Part shown: positions 1-9,208 of the stretch, piece after piece
Position numbering within the stretch: position 1 is the stretch's first letter
Layout: each line of letters opens with the position of its first letter
DNA from: Candidatus Eiseniibacteriota bacterium
Lineage (GTDB): Bacteria > Eisenbacteria > RBG-16-71-46 > JABDJR01
Length of the DNA: 64,000 bases
Reading direction: 5' to 3'
Assembly: GCA_963783375.1 (NCBI GenBank)
Contig: CAWANH010000029.1
Coordinates: forward strand, 704,001 to 768,000
Position numbers and translations under genes: made by a program
The notes under the pieces: model-generated
The model's database searches: none
What the model was told of the DNA's origin: nothing
Seen by the model: the letters and a program-made list of their open reading frames with translations, nothing else

Positions 1-2
1 TC

Positions 3-965
3 TCGGTAGCCGAGATCCTGCAGCTGCTTGCCTTGCAGCAGAAGTCAGGGGTCCTGGCTCTGTCCGAGTCCCGCGGGGGCTCCCAGGTCCTGTTCTTCGA
101 GCGCGGCCGCGTGATGGCCGCCGCGGATCGTCGGCAGGACGGCCGGCATGCCTTCATGAGCTATCTGACCGAGAACCTGATCCTCACCCGCGATCAGCTG
201 GAGAGCGTGGAGGACATCTGCCGGGGAACGGGACACGATCTGTTCACGGTGCTGGTGTCCAGCGGAGTCATGGGCCGCGACCGGCTTCTGGAGGAAATGC
301 GCCGCTACAGCCAGCGGATCGTGGACGACGTGGTGAACTGGCGGGACGGCACCTACGAATTCTCCGGGGACGAGAAGAGCCTCCCCAACCAGGGCATCAC
401 CCTGAAGCTGAACCCCGAGGAACTGCTCCTGGAGAGCATGCGACGGAACGACGAGCTGGCCACCCTTAAGGAGTCCATGCTCGCCCCGGACCTGATCCTG
501 GCCCGGGTGATGGACGCGGAGCCCCAGCCCCTTCCCCGCGAGTGTACGGTGGTGATGAACCTGGTGAACGGCCACCGCACCATCGAGGAGATCTGCAGGA
601 TCTCTCCCCTGGGCGAGTACATCACCTACGACGCGGTGTCCGAGCTCCTGGGTCGTCAGCAGGCCATGATCGTGGATCCCCAGGACGTGGTGGACCTGAC
701 CCTGACTCGCGCCGACCGGCGCCGTGTGTCCGGCCCCGCCGCGATCGCCCTGCTCTCCCTGGTTCTGGGCTCCATCCTCCTGGGAACCGGGATGGGGCCG
801 CTGCTCCGGCACTCCTCAACGGCGTCCTCGTGGCTCCCCCCCCACGTGGCAGATCGCCGCGCCGCCGTCCGCGACCAGCTTCGCTACGATGTCGTGAACC
901 TTCGCCGGAGCCTGCACGAGCCGCCCGCCGCCGCCCCCCGCGACAACGGCGAACCGTCCCGCTAG
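3..965 (+). CDS. DUF4388 domain-containing membrane-anchored protein (5'-partial)
   Basis: Frame is open from the window start (SVAEILQLLALQQKSGVL...FFERGRV...W+DG.YEF), typical of DUF4388/PatA_N; single C-terminal TM helix (AAIALLSLVLGSILLG). Confidence 0.75.
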   Translation, partial: SVAEILQLLALQQKSGVLALSESRGGSQVLFFERGRVMAAADRRQDGRHAFMSYLTENLILTRDQLESVEDICRGTGHDLFTVLVSSGVMGRDRLLEEMRRYSQRIVDDVVNWRDGTYEFSGDEKSLPNQGITLKLNPEELLLESMRRNDELATLKESMLAPDLILARVMDAEPQPLPRECTVVMNLVNGHRTIEEICRISPLGEYITYDAVSELLGRQQAMIVDPQDVVDLTLTRADRRRVSGPAAIALLSLVLGSILLGTGMGPLLRHSSTASSWLPPHVADRRAAVRDQLRYDVVNLRRSLHEPPAAAPRDNGEPSR

Positions 966-1528
966 TCCGAACCGCCTCTCCCTCGCTCCGCGACGATCCA
1001 CCGCGCCGCTCCGGCCAGGTCGCGCGCCACCCGATCGGCGAGGCCTCGGCGCAGCGCTTCCGCCCGCCCGGCCCGGCCGTGGCCGGTCAGCACCAGCACG
1101 GTGCGCAGCCCCGCCGCGCGTCCCGCCCGCAAATCGTTCACGGTGTCCCCCACCAGGAACGAGCGGCCCGGATCGAGCCCGAACTCCCGGAGACCCGCTC
1201 GCACCATCGCCGCGCCGGGCTTCCGGCAGGGGCAGGCGCCGGTGAACTCCGGATGGTGAGGGCAGTAGTACGCGCGGCGGATCACCGCGCCCTCGGCCGC
1301 CGCCATCTCCTTCAATCGCCCATCGAGGCGGCTGAGACCGCGGAGATCCAGGAGACCCCGCGCCACCGCGGACTGGTTCGAAACCACCAACAGCACCGCT
1401 CCGGCCCGGGCCAGGAGCCGGAGCCCCACCCCCGCTTCCGGGTAGAGCCGGAGCTGTTCGGGCCGGACCGGATGCACGGCGTCGCGGACCAGGGTGCCGT
1501 CGCGGTCGAGAAAAACCCCCCAGCTCAT
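962..1528 (-). CDS. gmhB: D-glycero-D-manno-heptose 1,7-bisphosphate phosphatase (HAD IIIA)
   Basis: FLDRDGTL, VSNQS, CPHHP...CPCRKP and VGD...D motifs; ATG at 1528 overlaps the upstream stop (ATGA). Confidence 0.9.
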   Translation of the reverse strand: MSWGVFLDRDGTLVRDAVHPVRPEQLRLYPEAGVGLRLLARAGAVLLVVSNQSAVARGLLDLRGLSRLDGRLKEMAAAEGAVIRRAYYCPHHPEFTGACPCRKPGAAMVRAGLREFGLDPGRSFLVGDTVNDLRAGRAAGLRTVLVLTGHGRAGRAEALRRGLADRVARDLAGAARWIVAERGRGGSD

Positions 1529-2541
1529 CGCGCGGATTCCAGGCGGGGAGCCAGGGCCTCGAGCACCCGATCCACCGGCACATCGAGAAGACAACGCAGG
1601 TGGTCGCCGGCGGCGAGGGGGCAGCGCCTCCGGAAGCAGGGGCTGCAGGCGAGGCCGAGCCAGACCGCCTCCCCCTCCTCCGGCTCGGGCCCGGTCCAGA
1701 GTGGCGATGAGGAACCGAACACCGCCACCACCGGCGCCCCGGCCGCCCGGGCGAGGTGGAGCGCCCCGGAGTCGTTGGTCACCGCGGCCTGGGCGCGGGC
1801 GAGAACCGCCACCGCGGTAAGAAGGTCGGTGCGGCCGGTGAGGTCCAGCGCCCCGGCCCGGGCCAGCCTGGCCCCCGCGCCGGTCTCCGCGCTTCCCCCC
1901 ATCGCCACCGTCGCCACCCCCCGCCGGGCCAGCCGCCGGGCCAGATCCTCGAAGCGTTCGACCGGCCATTGTTTGGCCGGGCCGTAGCTCGCCCCGGGGG
2001 CCAGAACCACCGCGGACCGGCCGGACAGGGGCTCGAGGAGGCGCGCTGCCCGCGCCGAGGTCTCGTCTCCGGGGGGGAGCGTGAAGTCCGGCTCTCCCGT
2101 GGCGCTCCCCCCCACCGCCTCCACCAGCTCCAGATACTGTCGCCAGAGGGGGCGATCGCGCCGGCCCGGGGGAAGGCGATGGGTGAGAAGCGGTCCGAGG
2201 ACGCCGCGGCCGCGACCCAGGCGGAGCCCCGCCCCCGACGCGCGGGCCAGGGCCGCGCCGGAAATCGCCTCGGTGAACACCACCGCGCGGTCGGGGGCGA
2301 AGCGACGGAGCGGCTCCCGCAGCTCGAGAGGGGCTCGCCCCCCGTGCGCCGGGAGGATTTCGGTGAAGAGGCCCGCGGCGGCATACAGGGGAAGGACGCG
2401 CGGATGGGCCGCGCCGATGCGCTCGCCGGGGGGGAGGGATCGTAGCGCGGGGAGCGCCATGACCGCGTCCCCGATCCAGTTGGGAAGCCGACAGAACCAG
2501 CGGGCGCCCGGGCCGGCGGCGGGCCAGAGCGGCGAGGTCAC
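1525..2541 (-). CDS. waaF: Lipopolysaccharide heptosyltransferase II (GT9)
   Basis: RLPNWIGDAVM, APGASYGPAKQWP, DLTGRT, VTNDSGALHLA, FGSS and CSPCF motifs; GTG start overlaps the PspC-gene stop (GTGA). Confidence 0.88.
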   Translation of the reverse strand: MTSPLWPAAGPGARWFCRLPNWIGDAVMALPALRSLPPGERIGAAHPRVLPLYAAAGLFTEILPAHGGRAPLELREPLRRFAPDRAVVFTEAISGAALARASGAGLRLGRGRGVLGPLLTHRLPPGRRDRPLWRQYLELVEAVGGSATGEPDFTLPPGDETSARAARLLEPLSGRSAVVLAPGASYGPAKQWPVERFEDLARRLARRGVATVAMGGSAETGAGARLARAGALDLTGRTDLLTAVAVLARAQAAVTNDSGALHLARAAGAPVVAVFGSSSPLWTGPEPEEGEAVWLGLACSPCFRRRCPLAAGDHLRCLLDVPVDRVLEALAPRLESAR

Positions 2542-2927
2542 TGCCGGCGGTGGAGCAGCAGGAACGCCCCCAGGCCGACCAGGACCACCGGGACCACGAT
2601 CTTGAAGGTGAGGAGCGCGAGGATCTTCCACAGGATGATGAGGATCCCGATGGTGAGGAGCAACACCCCCGCCACCGCGCGCGGGTTCTCCGAGGCCATG
2701 GGGGGAAGCGGCGCCGTCCCATCCTCCTCCGGTTCCTCGGGCAGGGTGATCCAGAGCACCGCGTAGATGATGAGGCCCAGACCCCAGAAAAGAACCGCGA
2801 GCACGAAGGCCAAGCGCACCCATACCGGATCCACCCCGAGATAGGAGGCCAGCCCGCCGCACACGCCGGCGAAGATGCGGTCGTCGAAGGAGCGTACGAG
2901 GTTCCGCGGTCGGCTTGCCGTTTCCAC
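2538..2927 (-). CDS. PspC domain-containing membrane protein
   Basis: RS.DDRIFAGVCGGLASYLGVDPVWVRL...Y..LWI.LPEE (PspC), followed by two more TM helices. Confidence 0.88.
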   Translation of the reverse strand: METASRPRNLVRSFDDRIFAGVCGGLASYLGVDPVWVRLAFVLAVLFWGLGLIIYAVLWITLPEEPEEDGTAPLPPMASENPRAVAGVLLLTIGILIILWKILALLTFKIVVPVVLVGLGAFLLLHRRQ

Positions 2928-2972
2928 GGTTGGGATTCTAGGCGAGTCGCCGGTTCCTGTCGAGCCGGGGGC

Positions 2973-5093
2973 TCAGCGGGGGCCGGCCCACCGCTTCCCG
3001 GGGCCCATCCGGGCCAGTTCGGCCAGGGCCGACTCCGCCGCCGCACGCTGGGAGGAACGGGGGAAACGATCCAGGAACGCCCTCAGTACCCCCCGGGCCT
3101 CGGCGAACTGGTTGTCCTCGACGAGGACGCGGGCCAGGCCGATGTAGGCTTCCTCCATCTCCGGCTTGAGCGCGATGGCCTGGCGATAGGCGTCGATGGC
3201 CTGGGAAGGCTCGCCGCTCCGGGCAAAATAGATGGCCAGGTTGAACGCCACCTCCGGGCTCCGCGGGGCGAGCTGCTTCGCTTCCCGGAGCGAATTGTAG
3301 GCGTCCGAGAATTGCCCGACGTGAATCTGCATCGCCCCCAGGTTCCCCCACGCCCGGGCGTTGCCCGGATCCATCCCCACCGCCTCCCGGAGCATCCGAA
3401 AACCCAGGGAGTCGGAGCCCTGCCCCACCAGGACCGTTCCCAGGGCGGAGAAGAACTCGGCCAGCTCGCTCCGCCCCGCGAGCCCGTCGAAGAAGGACTG
3501 GGGGATGGCGGAGAGGTTCTTCATCCGGGCTCCCGGGTCGCGCTTCAGGATGCGCACGGTTGGTCCGAGGTAGTCGTCCGAGCTGAACACCGCGGCCTCG
3601 TCGAAGGCCCGGTTCATCTCGCCGTAGAACGCGGTCTCGGCCGGATACTCCCGCGGATCGGCGAGGTAGCGGGCGTAGACCCCGGAGGAGAAGACCGCGT
3701 AGTCGAAGGTGGCGTAGAGCGGGGGCGAATAGGCCGGATCGTAGATGTGGGGGGAGATGCCGTGGAACGGCAGGTAGAGAACGTGAAAGCGATCCGGGTC
3801 GGGCCGGGGTCCGTAGCGCTCCACCAGAAGGGTGCTTCCGGCGGGGACGTTGGCCTGGATCCAGGCTTCGGCGGCCACTCGTGAATCCTGGCGGTCTCGC
3901 TTCTCCACCCCACGAACCACCTGGGCCAGGGGCCAGGCCACCGTGACCGCGGCCAGCGCGACCAGAATCCCCCGGGACGCCACCCGGGGGAGGGGAAGCC
4001 CCCGCGCGACCCCGACCACCGCCGCCCCCGCCCAGGCCGCGGCCAGCGGAACCAGGGGCAGGAGATAGCGCGGCGCGGCCATCTTCCAGGACCCGAAGAT
4101 GAGAAGAGCCGTCACCCCGAACACCGCCCCCGGGAGAGCCTTCCCCCGGGTCTCCCGGCGGGCGAGAAGAAGGACGAGGCCCACCAGGGCCGCCCCGGCC
4201 ACCACCGGGGTCCACCCCTGGGGTATGGCGTGGCCCAGATAGTAGGCCATCGCGCTTCCCCGCTCCCGGCCCAGGTGCCCGAGGACCATGTGCCGCCGCT
4301 CGAATCCGATGTCCGCCATCGCCGCCGAAGCGTCGAGAAGGACGTACGGGGAGGCGGCGGCGAAGGCCACCGCCGAGGTGAAGAGCCCCTGCCAGAGAAG
4401 TCCCGAGAAGACCACCGCCACCGGCCCCTCGCGGCGCGCGATCACGGTGCGCGCGTGGGCGGCCACGAGCGCGGCGATGAGAAGCGCCCCCGGGTACTTG
4501 GACGCTGCGGCCAGACCGATCCACAGACCGCACCACAGGTAGTCGGATCGCTCCCCCCGCTCGGCGATCCGCGTGGCCGCAACCAGGGCGGCGGCGGCGA
4601 ACAGGGTCAGGGCCATGTCCGGCCCCACCAGGCGACTCTCGGTCACCGCCACCGGGATCACCGCCACCAGCGCGGCGGCGATCCATCCCGCCCACGCCCC
4701 GGCCAGCCTCCGGGCCAGGAGAAAGGTGGGAATCACGACCAGGGCCCCGGTGACCGCCTGGAGCCACCGGCCCAAGAGCACCGCCCAGTCGAGATGTTGG
4801 CTCAGGATCTGGCGGAAGTCGTTCAGGGAAGACGCAACCCCTGTCAAGCTAAGCCACAGAAACCAAACGGCTTGAACAATAAAATTCGAGTAAAAGGTGA
4901 GGCTGGGGTACTTGAAGAAGTGGGGGTTCAGGTCCAACCCGCCGCCGGGGATCCCCCAGAACCCGATGGCCTCCCGAACCGGTGAGGCTTCCTCGAAAAC
5001 CTGGGGCAGGCCCCACCCGAGGCGAAGGACCCGAAGGAGCAGGGCGAGCCCGGTCAACAGCACCAGGCCGAAGGCGATGCGGCGACGGCGCAC
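2973..5093 (-). CDS. GT-C fold glycosyltransferase (ArnT/PMT-like) with C-terminal TPR repeats
   Basis: LR...WGLP..FEE, NPHFFKYPSL, GLAAASKY and RYLLPLVP motifs; many TM helices; C-terminal TPRs (AWGNLG, AFNLA, AYIGLA). Confidence 0.75.
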   Translation of the reverse strand: MRRRRIAFGLVLLTGLALLLRVLRLGWGLPQVFEEASPVREAIGFWGIPGGGLDLNPHFFKYPSLTFYSNFIVQAVWFLWLSLTGVASSLNDFRQILSQHLDWAVLLGRWLQAVTGALVVIPTFLLARRLAGAWAGWIAAALVAVIPVAVTESRLVGPDMALTLFAAAALVAATRIAERGERSDYLWCGLWIGLAAASKYPGALLIAALVAAHARTVIARREGPVAVVFSGLLWQGLFTSAVAFAAASPYVLLDASAAMADIGFERRHMVLGHLGRERGSAMAYYLGHAIPQGWTPVVAGAALVGLVLLLARRETRGKALPGAVFGVTALLIFGSWKMAAPRYLLPLVPLAAAWAGAAVVGVARGLPLPRVASRGILVALAAVTVAWPLAQVVRGVEKRDRQDSRVAAEAWIQANVPAGSTLLVERYGPRPDPDRFHVLYLPFHGISPHIYDPAYSPPLYATFDYAVFSSGVYARYLADPREYPAETAFYGEMNRAFDEAAVFSSDDYLGPTVRILKRDPGARMKNLSAIPQSFFDGLAGRSELAEFFSALGTVLVGQGSDSLGFRMLREAVGMDPGNARAWGNLGAMQIHVGQFSDAYNSLREAKQLAPRSPEVAFNLAIYFARSGEPSQAIDAYRQAIALKPEMEEAYIGLARVLVEDNQFAEARGVLRAFLDRFPRSSQRAAAESALAELARMGPGKRWAGPR

Positions 5094-5264
5094 TCAGGAT
5101 TCCTCTCTCAGGCGGTGGGCTTCCGGAACCGTGGGGAGAATCTCAAACTCGGTGTGGCTCGCGTGGGGAATCAGGGTTACTTTCTCCCGAGTCCCGGTTG
5201 GGCCGGTCGACGAAATCCTCCGGAGTATAGGAACGAGGCAAAAACGAGGTCAAGGAACCCTGCG

Positions 5265-7340
5265 ATGACCGAGTCCCCAGGCCGGACCGCCGGCAAAGCC
5301 CGCATTCTCATTCCCCTGGCCGCGGTTCTGTGGGGAGCGGCCAATCTCGGATCCATGCTGGCTTCCACCGGGGGCCGGCTCTCCATGCCGCTCGACGACA
5401 GCTTCATCTTCTTCCAGTACGCGAGACGGTTGGCCGGCGGGGCCTTCCTGAGCTACCAGCCTGGATACGGGCCCACCACCGGCGCGACCAGCCTCCTCAC
5501 CGTCTTCGTGGATACCCTGGGGTATCTGGCCGGCTTCCACGGCCCGGCGATGATCGTGTTCGCTCTCCTGCTCGGCGCGGCGGCCTTCGCCTGGGCGGCC
5601 TTCTCCGCCCACCGCCTGGGGCGGAGGCTCTGCCCCCGGGCGGCCTGGCTCCCTCCCGCGCTGCTCCTCACCTCGGGCCCCCTGATCTGGGGGTTCTCGA
5701 GCGGCATGGATCTCCCGTTGTTCGTCGCCCTGGCCCTGGCCATGGTCGCGAACTGGCCGGAGGACGGCGAGCCCCCCCCGCGGCGGCTCTTCGTGTTCGG
5801 GGCGCTCCTGGGCCTCGCCCGTCCCGACGCCCTCTTCCTGGTGCTCCCCGCCCTGGTGTTCGGGCTCTGGCGGGGGGGAAGGCGGATCTGGTGGGTCCTC
5901 CCCGCGGCCGGGGTGGTCCTCCCCTACCTCCTCCAATGGGCCCTCACCGGGACCCCGCAACCGGCCTCGATGACCGTGAAGACCAGCCTCTCCGACCCCG
6001 GCTTCGACCTCTCCACCTGGCTCGCCGCAGGGTTTTCCTTCCTGGTCGGGGTGGTCAAGGGGGTGTTCGGGGGAGGGGTGGTCGAGAAAGCCTCCGACCT
6101 GGCCGCGAACGGGGGGGCGGGAACCGGGCTCTATCTCGTCCCCTTCGCCCTGGCTCTCGTCCTGTTCGGTCTGGCCCCCGGGGCCTGGGCCGAAGGGCGC
6201 GCGCGCCGTCCCGGACCCCACGCGCTTCTCCTCCTTTGGCTGGCGCTCCTCTCGGGAGCGGTGGCCTTCACCGTGCCGGTGGCCTGGCACTGGCACCGTT
6301 ATCTCATGCCGCTCTACGCCCTCGCGTTCCCCGGAATCGCGGTGGGGGCCGATCGCCTGGGCCGGGGGGTCGAGGCCGCGTGGAACGAACTCCGCCCCGG
6401 AGATGGTCCGCGCGTGGTGGGAGCGGTGCTGATCCTCCTCGCTCTTCCGGGGGCCTTCTATTTCGTCGCCGCGTTCGGACGGAACTCGGCCGACATCTAC
6501 TTCCAGCACATCGAACTCGCCCAAAGGCTCTCCGCGGGGGACCCGGTCCGTCCGCGGCTTCTGGGGATCAACGACGCCGGGGCCCTCACCTACCTCGGAG
6601 ACTACCCCACCCTGGATCTCTGGGGACTCACCTCGAAGGCGTTCCGGGATCCCGCCCGGCTGGGCGCGGCCGGGATCTGGGAGGAGATCGAGCGGCTGGC
6701 CCCGGAGCGGCGCCCGGACATCCTCGCCATCTACCCCGGCTGGTTCGATCCCTCCTTTCTCCAGCCCCACCAGCTGATCGGCGTCCAGCGCCTGTTCCGG
6801 AGCTCCATCGCCGGCGGAAATCCCATGAACGTGTACCGGGCCGACTGGGGCCTGTGCGGATCGGGCGACCTCCCCCGGGATCCGGCGGTTCTGGCCCGGA
6901 TCGGGAATTCCCGGCTCGTGACCACGGTGGATGTGGCCGATCTAAAGAGCGAGAAGGCGGCGGGATACCGGTACCGGACCCTGGACGGAGCCTACGAGAA
7001 CATCCTCCGCCTCCTCCCCGAAGCGGACGGGAACTCGGTCCTGGACGGGGGCCGGGTGGTGAGCGGCGGCGAGAGCTTCACCGTCCGGGGCCTCGTTCCC
7101 GGGCGCCCCGTACTCCTGGTCGCCCGGACCCAGGCCCCGTTTCGCCTTCGGGTGGAAACAAATGCGGAGTTCGAAGGTATGTGGGTGCAGGAAGAGGGCT
7201 CACCAGGATCCTGGCACGAGGCCTCGTTCCTCGTTCCCGGGGACGGGATCGGAACCGGGGAGATCCGGGTCCGACTCGCCTCCGCCGATCCGCACCATTC
7301 GGCTTACGGCTCGTTCCACTACTGGGTTTACCAACCCTGA
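5265..7340 (+). CDS. Polytopic membrane protein, probable GT-C fold glycosyltransferase
   Basis: LDDSFIFFQYARRL..G, GATS.L, SGMD.PL, LARPDA, RYLMP and DAGALTY...DLWGL pattern; ~11 TM helices plus a periplasmic C-terminal domain. Confidence 0.6.
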   Translation: MTESPGRTAGKARILIPLAAVLWGAANLGSMLASTGGRLSMPLDDSFIFFQYARRLAGGAFLSYQPGYGPTTGATSLLTVFVDTLGYLAGFHGPAMIVFALLLGAAAFAWAAFSAHRLGRRLCPRAAWLPPALLLTSGPLIWGFSSGMDLPLFVALALAMVANWPEDGEPPPRRLFVFGALLGLARPDALFLVLPALVFGLWRGGRRIWWVLPAAGVVLPYLLQWALTGTPQPASMTVKTSLSDPGFDLSTWLAAGFSFLVGVVKGVFGGGVVEKASDLAANGGAGTGLYLVPFALALVLFGLAPGAWAEGRARRPGPHALLLLWLALLSGAVAFTVPVAWHWHRYLMPLYALAFPGIAVGADRLGRGVEAAWNELRPGDGPRVVGAVLILLALPGAFYFVAAFGRNSADIYFQHIELAQRLSAGDPVRPRLLGINDAGALTYLGDYPTLDLWGLTSKAFRDPARLGAAGIWEEIERLAPERRPDILAIYPGWFDPSFLQPHQLIGVQRLFRSSIAGGNPMNVYRADWGLCGSGDLPRDPAVLARIGNSRLVTTVDVADLKSEKAAGYRYRTLDGAYENILRLLPEADGNSVLDGGRVVSGGESFTVRGLVPGRPVLLVARTQAPFRLRVETNAEFEGMWVQEEGSPGSWHEASFLVPGDGIGTGEIRVRLASADPHHSAYGSFHYWVYQP

Positions 7341-7382
7341 CCGGATGGTTCATGCTGATGGGGCGGATGAAACAAGCGCTTG

Positions 7383-7391
7383 TGATATGAT
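7383..7391 (+). promoter_or_regulatory. Putative extended -10 promoter for the S41 protease gene
   Basis: TG-A-TATGAT, ~120 nt upstream of the ATG. Confidence 0.4.
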
Positions 7392-7511
7392 GACTTGCCA
7401 CGAAGCAGGCTCGTACCCCGACCCGCAGAGTGCCAGCCGCCGCGCACCCCTCCGCGCGGGCCCGGCGCCCAGGTGCTGGGCTTGGCGGGTGCATCCAGCC
7501 GGAGGAAATGC

Positions 7512-9131
7512 ATGACCAAGATCAAGGTTCCCGCCTTGTTCATCACGGGAGCCGTTCTCATCGGATTCATCCTGGGCTCGATCCTCTCGGGCCAGGTCCG
7601 AGCCGAATCGGACGGCCTCCTCGAACAGCTCCACGTCTTCAATGCGGTGGCTACCTACGTCGATCGGAACTACGTCGAGGAGGTGGACAACAAGGAACTG
7701 GTTCGGGGAGCCATCCGCGGCATGCTCGAAGAGCTGGATCCCCACTCCACCTACGTCGACCCCGAGGCCTTCGCCCGCATGAGCGAGCGCAACACCGGGG
7801 AGTACGAGGGCATCGGCATCTCCTTCGAGATCCGCCACGGCTGGATCACGGTGATCTCGGCCATCGAGGGCGGGCCGTCCGCCCACCTGGGCATCCGCCC
7901 CGGCGACCAGATCATCGAGATCGAGGGGCAGTCGGCCAAGGGGCTGGCCAACGAGGACGTGATCGGGAAGCTCAAGGGTCCCAAAGGCTCCCAGGTGAAC
8001 ATCACCGTGGCCCGGCCCGGCCTGGACAAGCACCTCCACTTCACCGTCACCCGGGAAACCATTCCGATCTACTCCGTGCCCTACAGCTTCATGCTGGACG
8101 ACGGCCAGACCGGCTACATTCGCATGATCCGCTTCAGCGCCACCACGTCCGAGGAACTCGAGCACGCCATGAAGAGCCTCGAGGAGCAGGGGATGACCCG
8201 CCTGGTGCTGGACATCCGGTCCAACAGCGGGGGGCTCCTGAACCAGGCCATCGAGGTGGCGGACAAGTTCATCGACGGAAACCAGGTGATCGTCTACACC
8301 AAGGGACGGATCGAGGGTTCGAGCCAGTACTACTACTCGACCGACGCCGCCACTCACCCGCGCTATCCGCTCATCGTCCTGGTGAATCACGGAAGCGCGT
8401 CCGCTTCGGAGATCGTGTCCGGAGCCATTCAGGACCACGATCGCGGGCTGGTGACCGGGGTGACCACCTTCGGCAAGGGGTTGGTGCAGCGGCAGTACAT
8501 GCTTCCCGACGGGTCCGCCCTGCTCCTCACCGTGGCCCGCTATTACACCCCGAGCGGCCGCCTCATCCAGCGCTCCTACGCCAACCGCGAGGAGTACCTG
8601 GAGCACTGGCGCCAACCGGACGAGGCCGACTCGGCGGCGGCGGACACCACCGGAAAACCCCGGTACTACACCATCGCGGAACACCGGACGGTCTACGGGG
8701 GCGGCGGCATCACTCCCGACGTGCGCATCACCGCCTCGTTCGACCTCACCGACTCCGAGATCAAGATCGAGTCGAGCCGGAACCTGTTCGAGTTCGCCAA
8801 CGCCTTCGCCAACCAGCACTTCGACAAGAAGAGCGCCAACGCCGCGGACTTCCTGGCCGACTACCAGGTCCCCGACGACGCCCTCCAGGCCTACATCAAG
8901 CAGGCCGCGGCCGACACCTCGGTGGGGCTCACCGTGGACGAGCTGACCAAGGAGAAGGAGTACATCCGCACCGCGATCAAGCGGGAGGTGGCGGGAAACC
9001 TCTGGGGACTGAACGCTCGCTACCAGGTCATCATCAAGGAGGATCCGGAAGTGGCCGAGGCCATGACGCACTTCCCCGAAGCCGCGATGATGGCCAAGAC
9101 CTACGAAGAGGCGTCCACCCAGAACCGTTGA
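7512..9131 (+). CDS. ctpA: Carboxyl-terminal processing protease, S41 family, with PDZ domain
   Basis: Signal anchor, LDPHS.Y, GIGI (PDZ), LDIRSNSGGLL, SASASEIVSGA.QD, TFGKGLVQ and YYTPSGR motifs; GGAGG RBS at 7501. Confidence 0.92.
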   Translation: MTKIKVPALFITGAVLIGFILGSILSGQVRAESDGLLEQLHVFNAVATYVDRNYVEEVDNKELVRGAIRGMLEELDPHSTYVDPEAFARMSERNTGEYEGIGISFEIRHGWITVISAIEGGPSAHLGIRPGDQIIEIEGQSAKGLANEDVIGKLKGPKGSQVNITVARPGLDKHLHFTVTRETIPIYSVPYSFMLDDGQTGYIRMIRFSATTSEELEHAMKSLEEQGMTRLVLDIRSNSGGLLNQAIEVADKFIDGNQVIVYTKGRIEGSSQYYYSTDAATHPRYPLIVLVNHGSASASEIVSGAIQDHDRGLVTGVTTFGKGLVQRQYMLPDGSALLLTVARYYTPSGRLIQRSYANREEYLEHWRQPDEADSAAADTTGKPRYYTIAEHRTVYGGGGITPDVRITASFDLTDSEIKIESSRNLFEFANAFANQHFDKKSANAADFLADYQVPDDALQAYIKQAAADTSVGLTVDELTKEKEYIRTAIKREVAGNLWGLNARYQVIIKEDPEVAEAMTHFPEAAMMAKTYEEASTQNR

Positions 9132-9147
9132 CACCGGACCCCTGAAG

Positions 9148-9181
9148 AGAAGCCCGGTCCCTCACCGAGGGCCGGGCTTCT
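9148..9181. terminator. Probable bidirectional intrinsic terminator between convergent genes
   Basis: AGAAGCCCGG(T)CCCTC-ACC-GAGGGCCGGGCTTCT hairpin right after the ctpA stop. Confidence 0.7.
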
Positions 9182-9208
9182 GTCTGTCGTTCGCTCGCCG
9201 GAAGGCGG

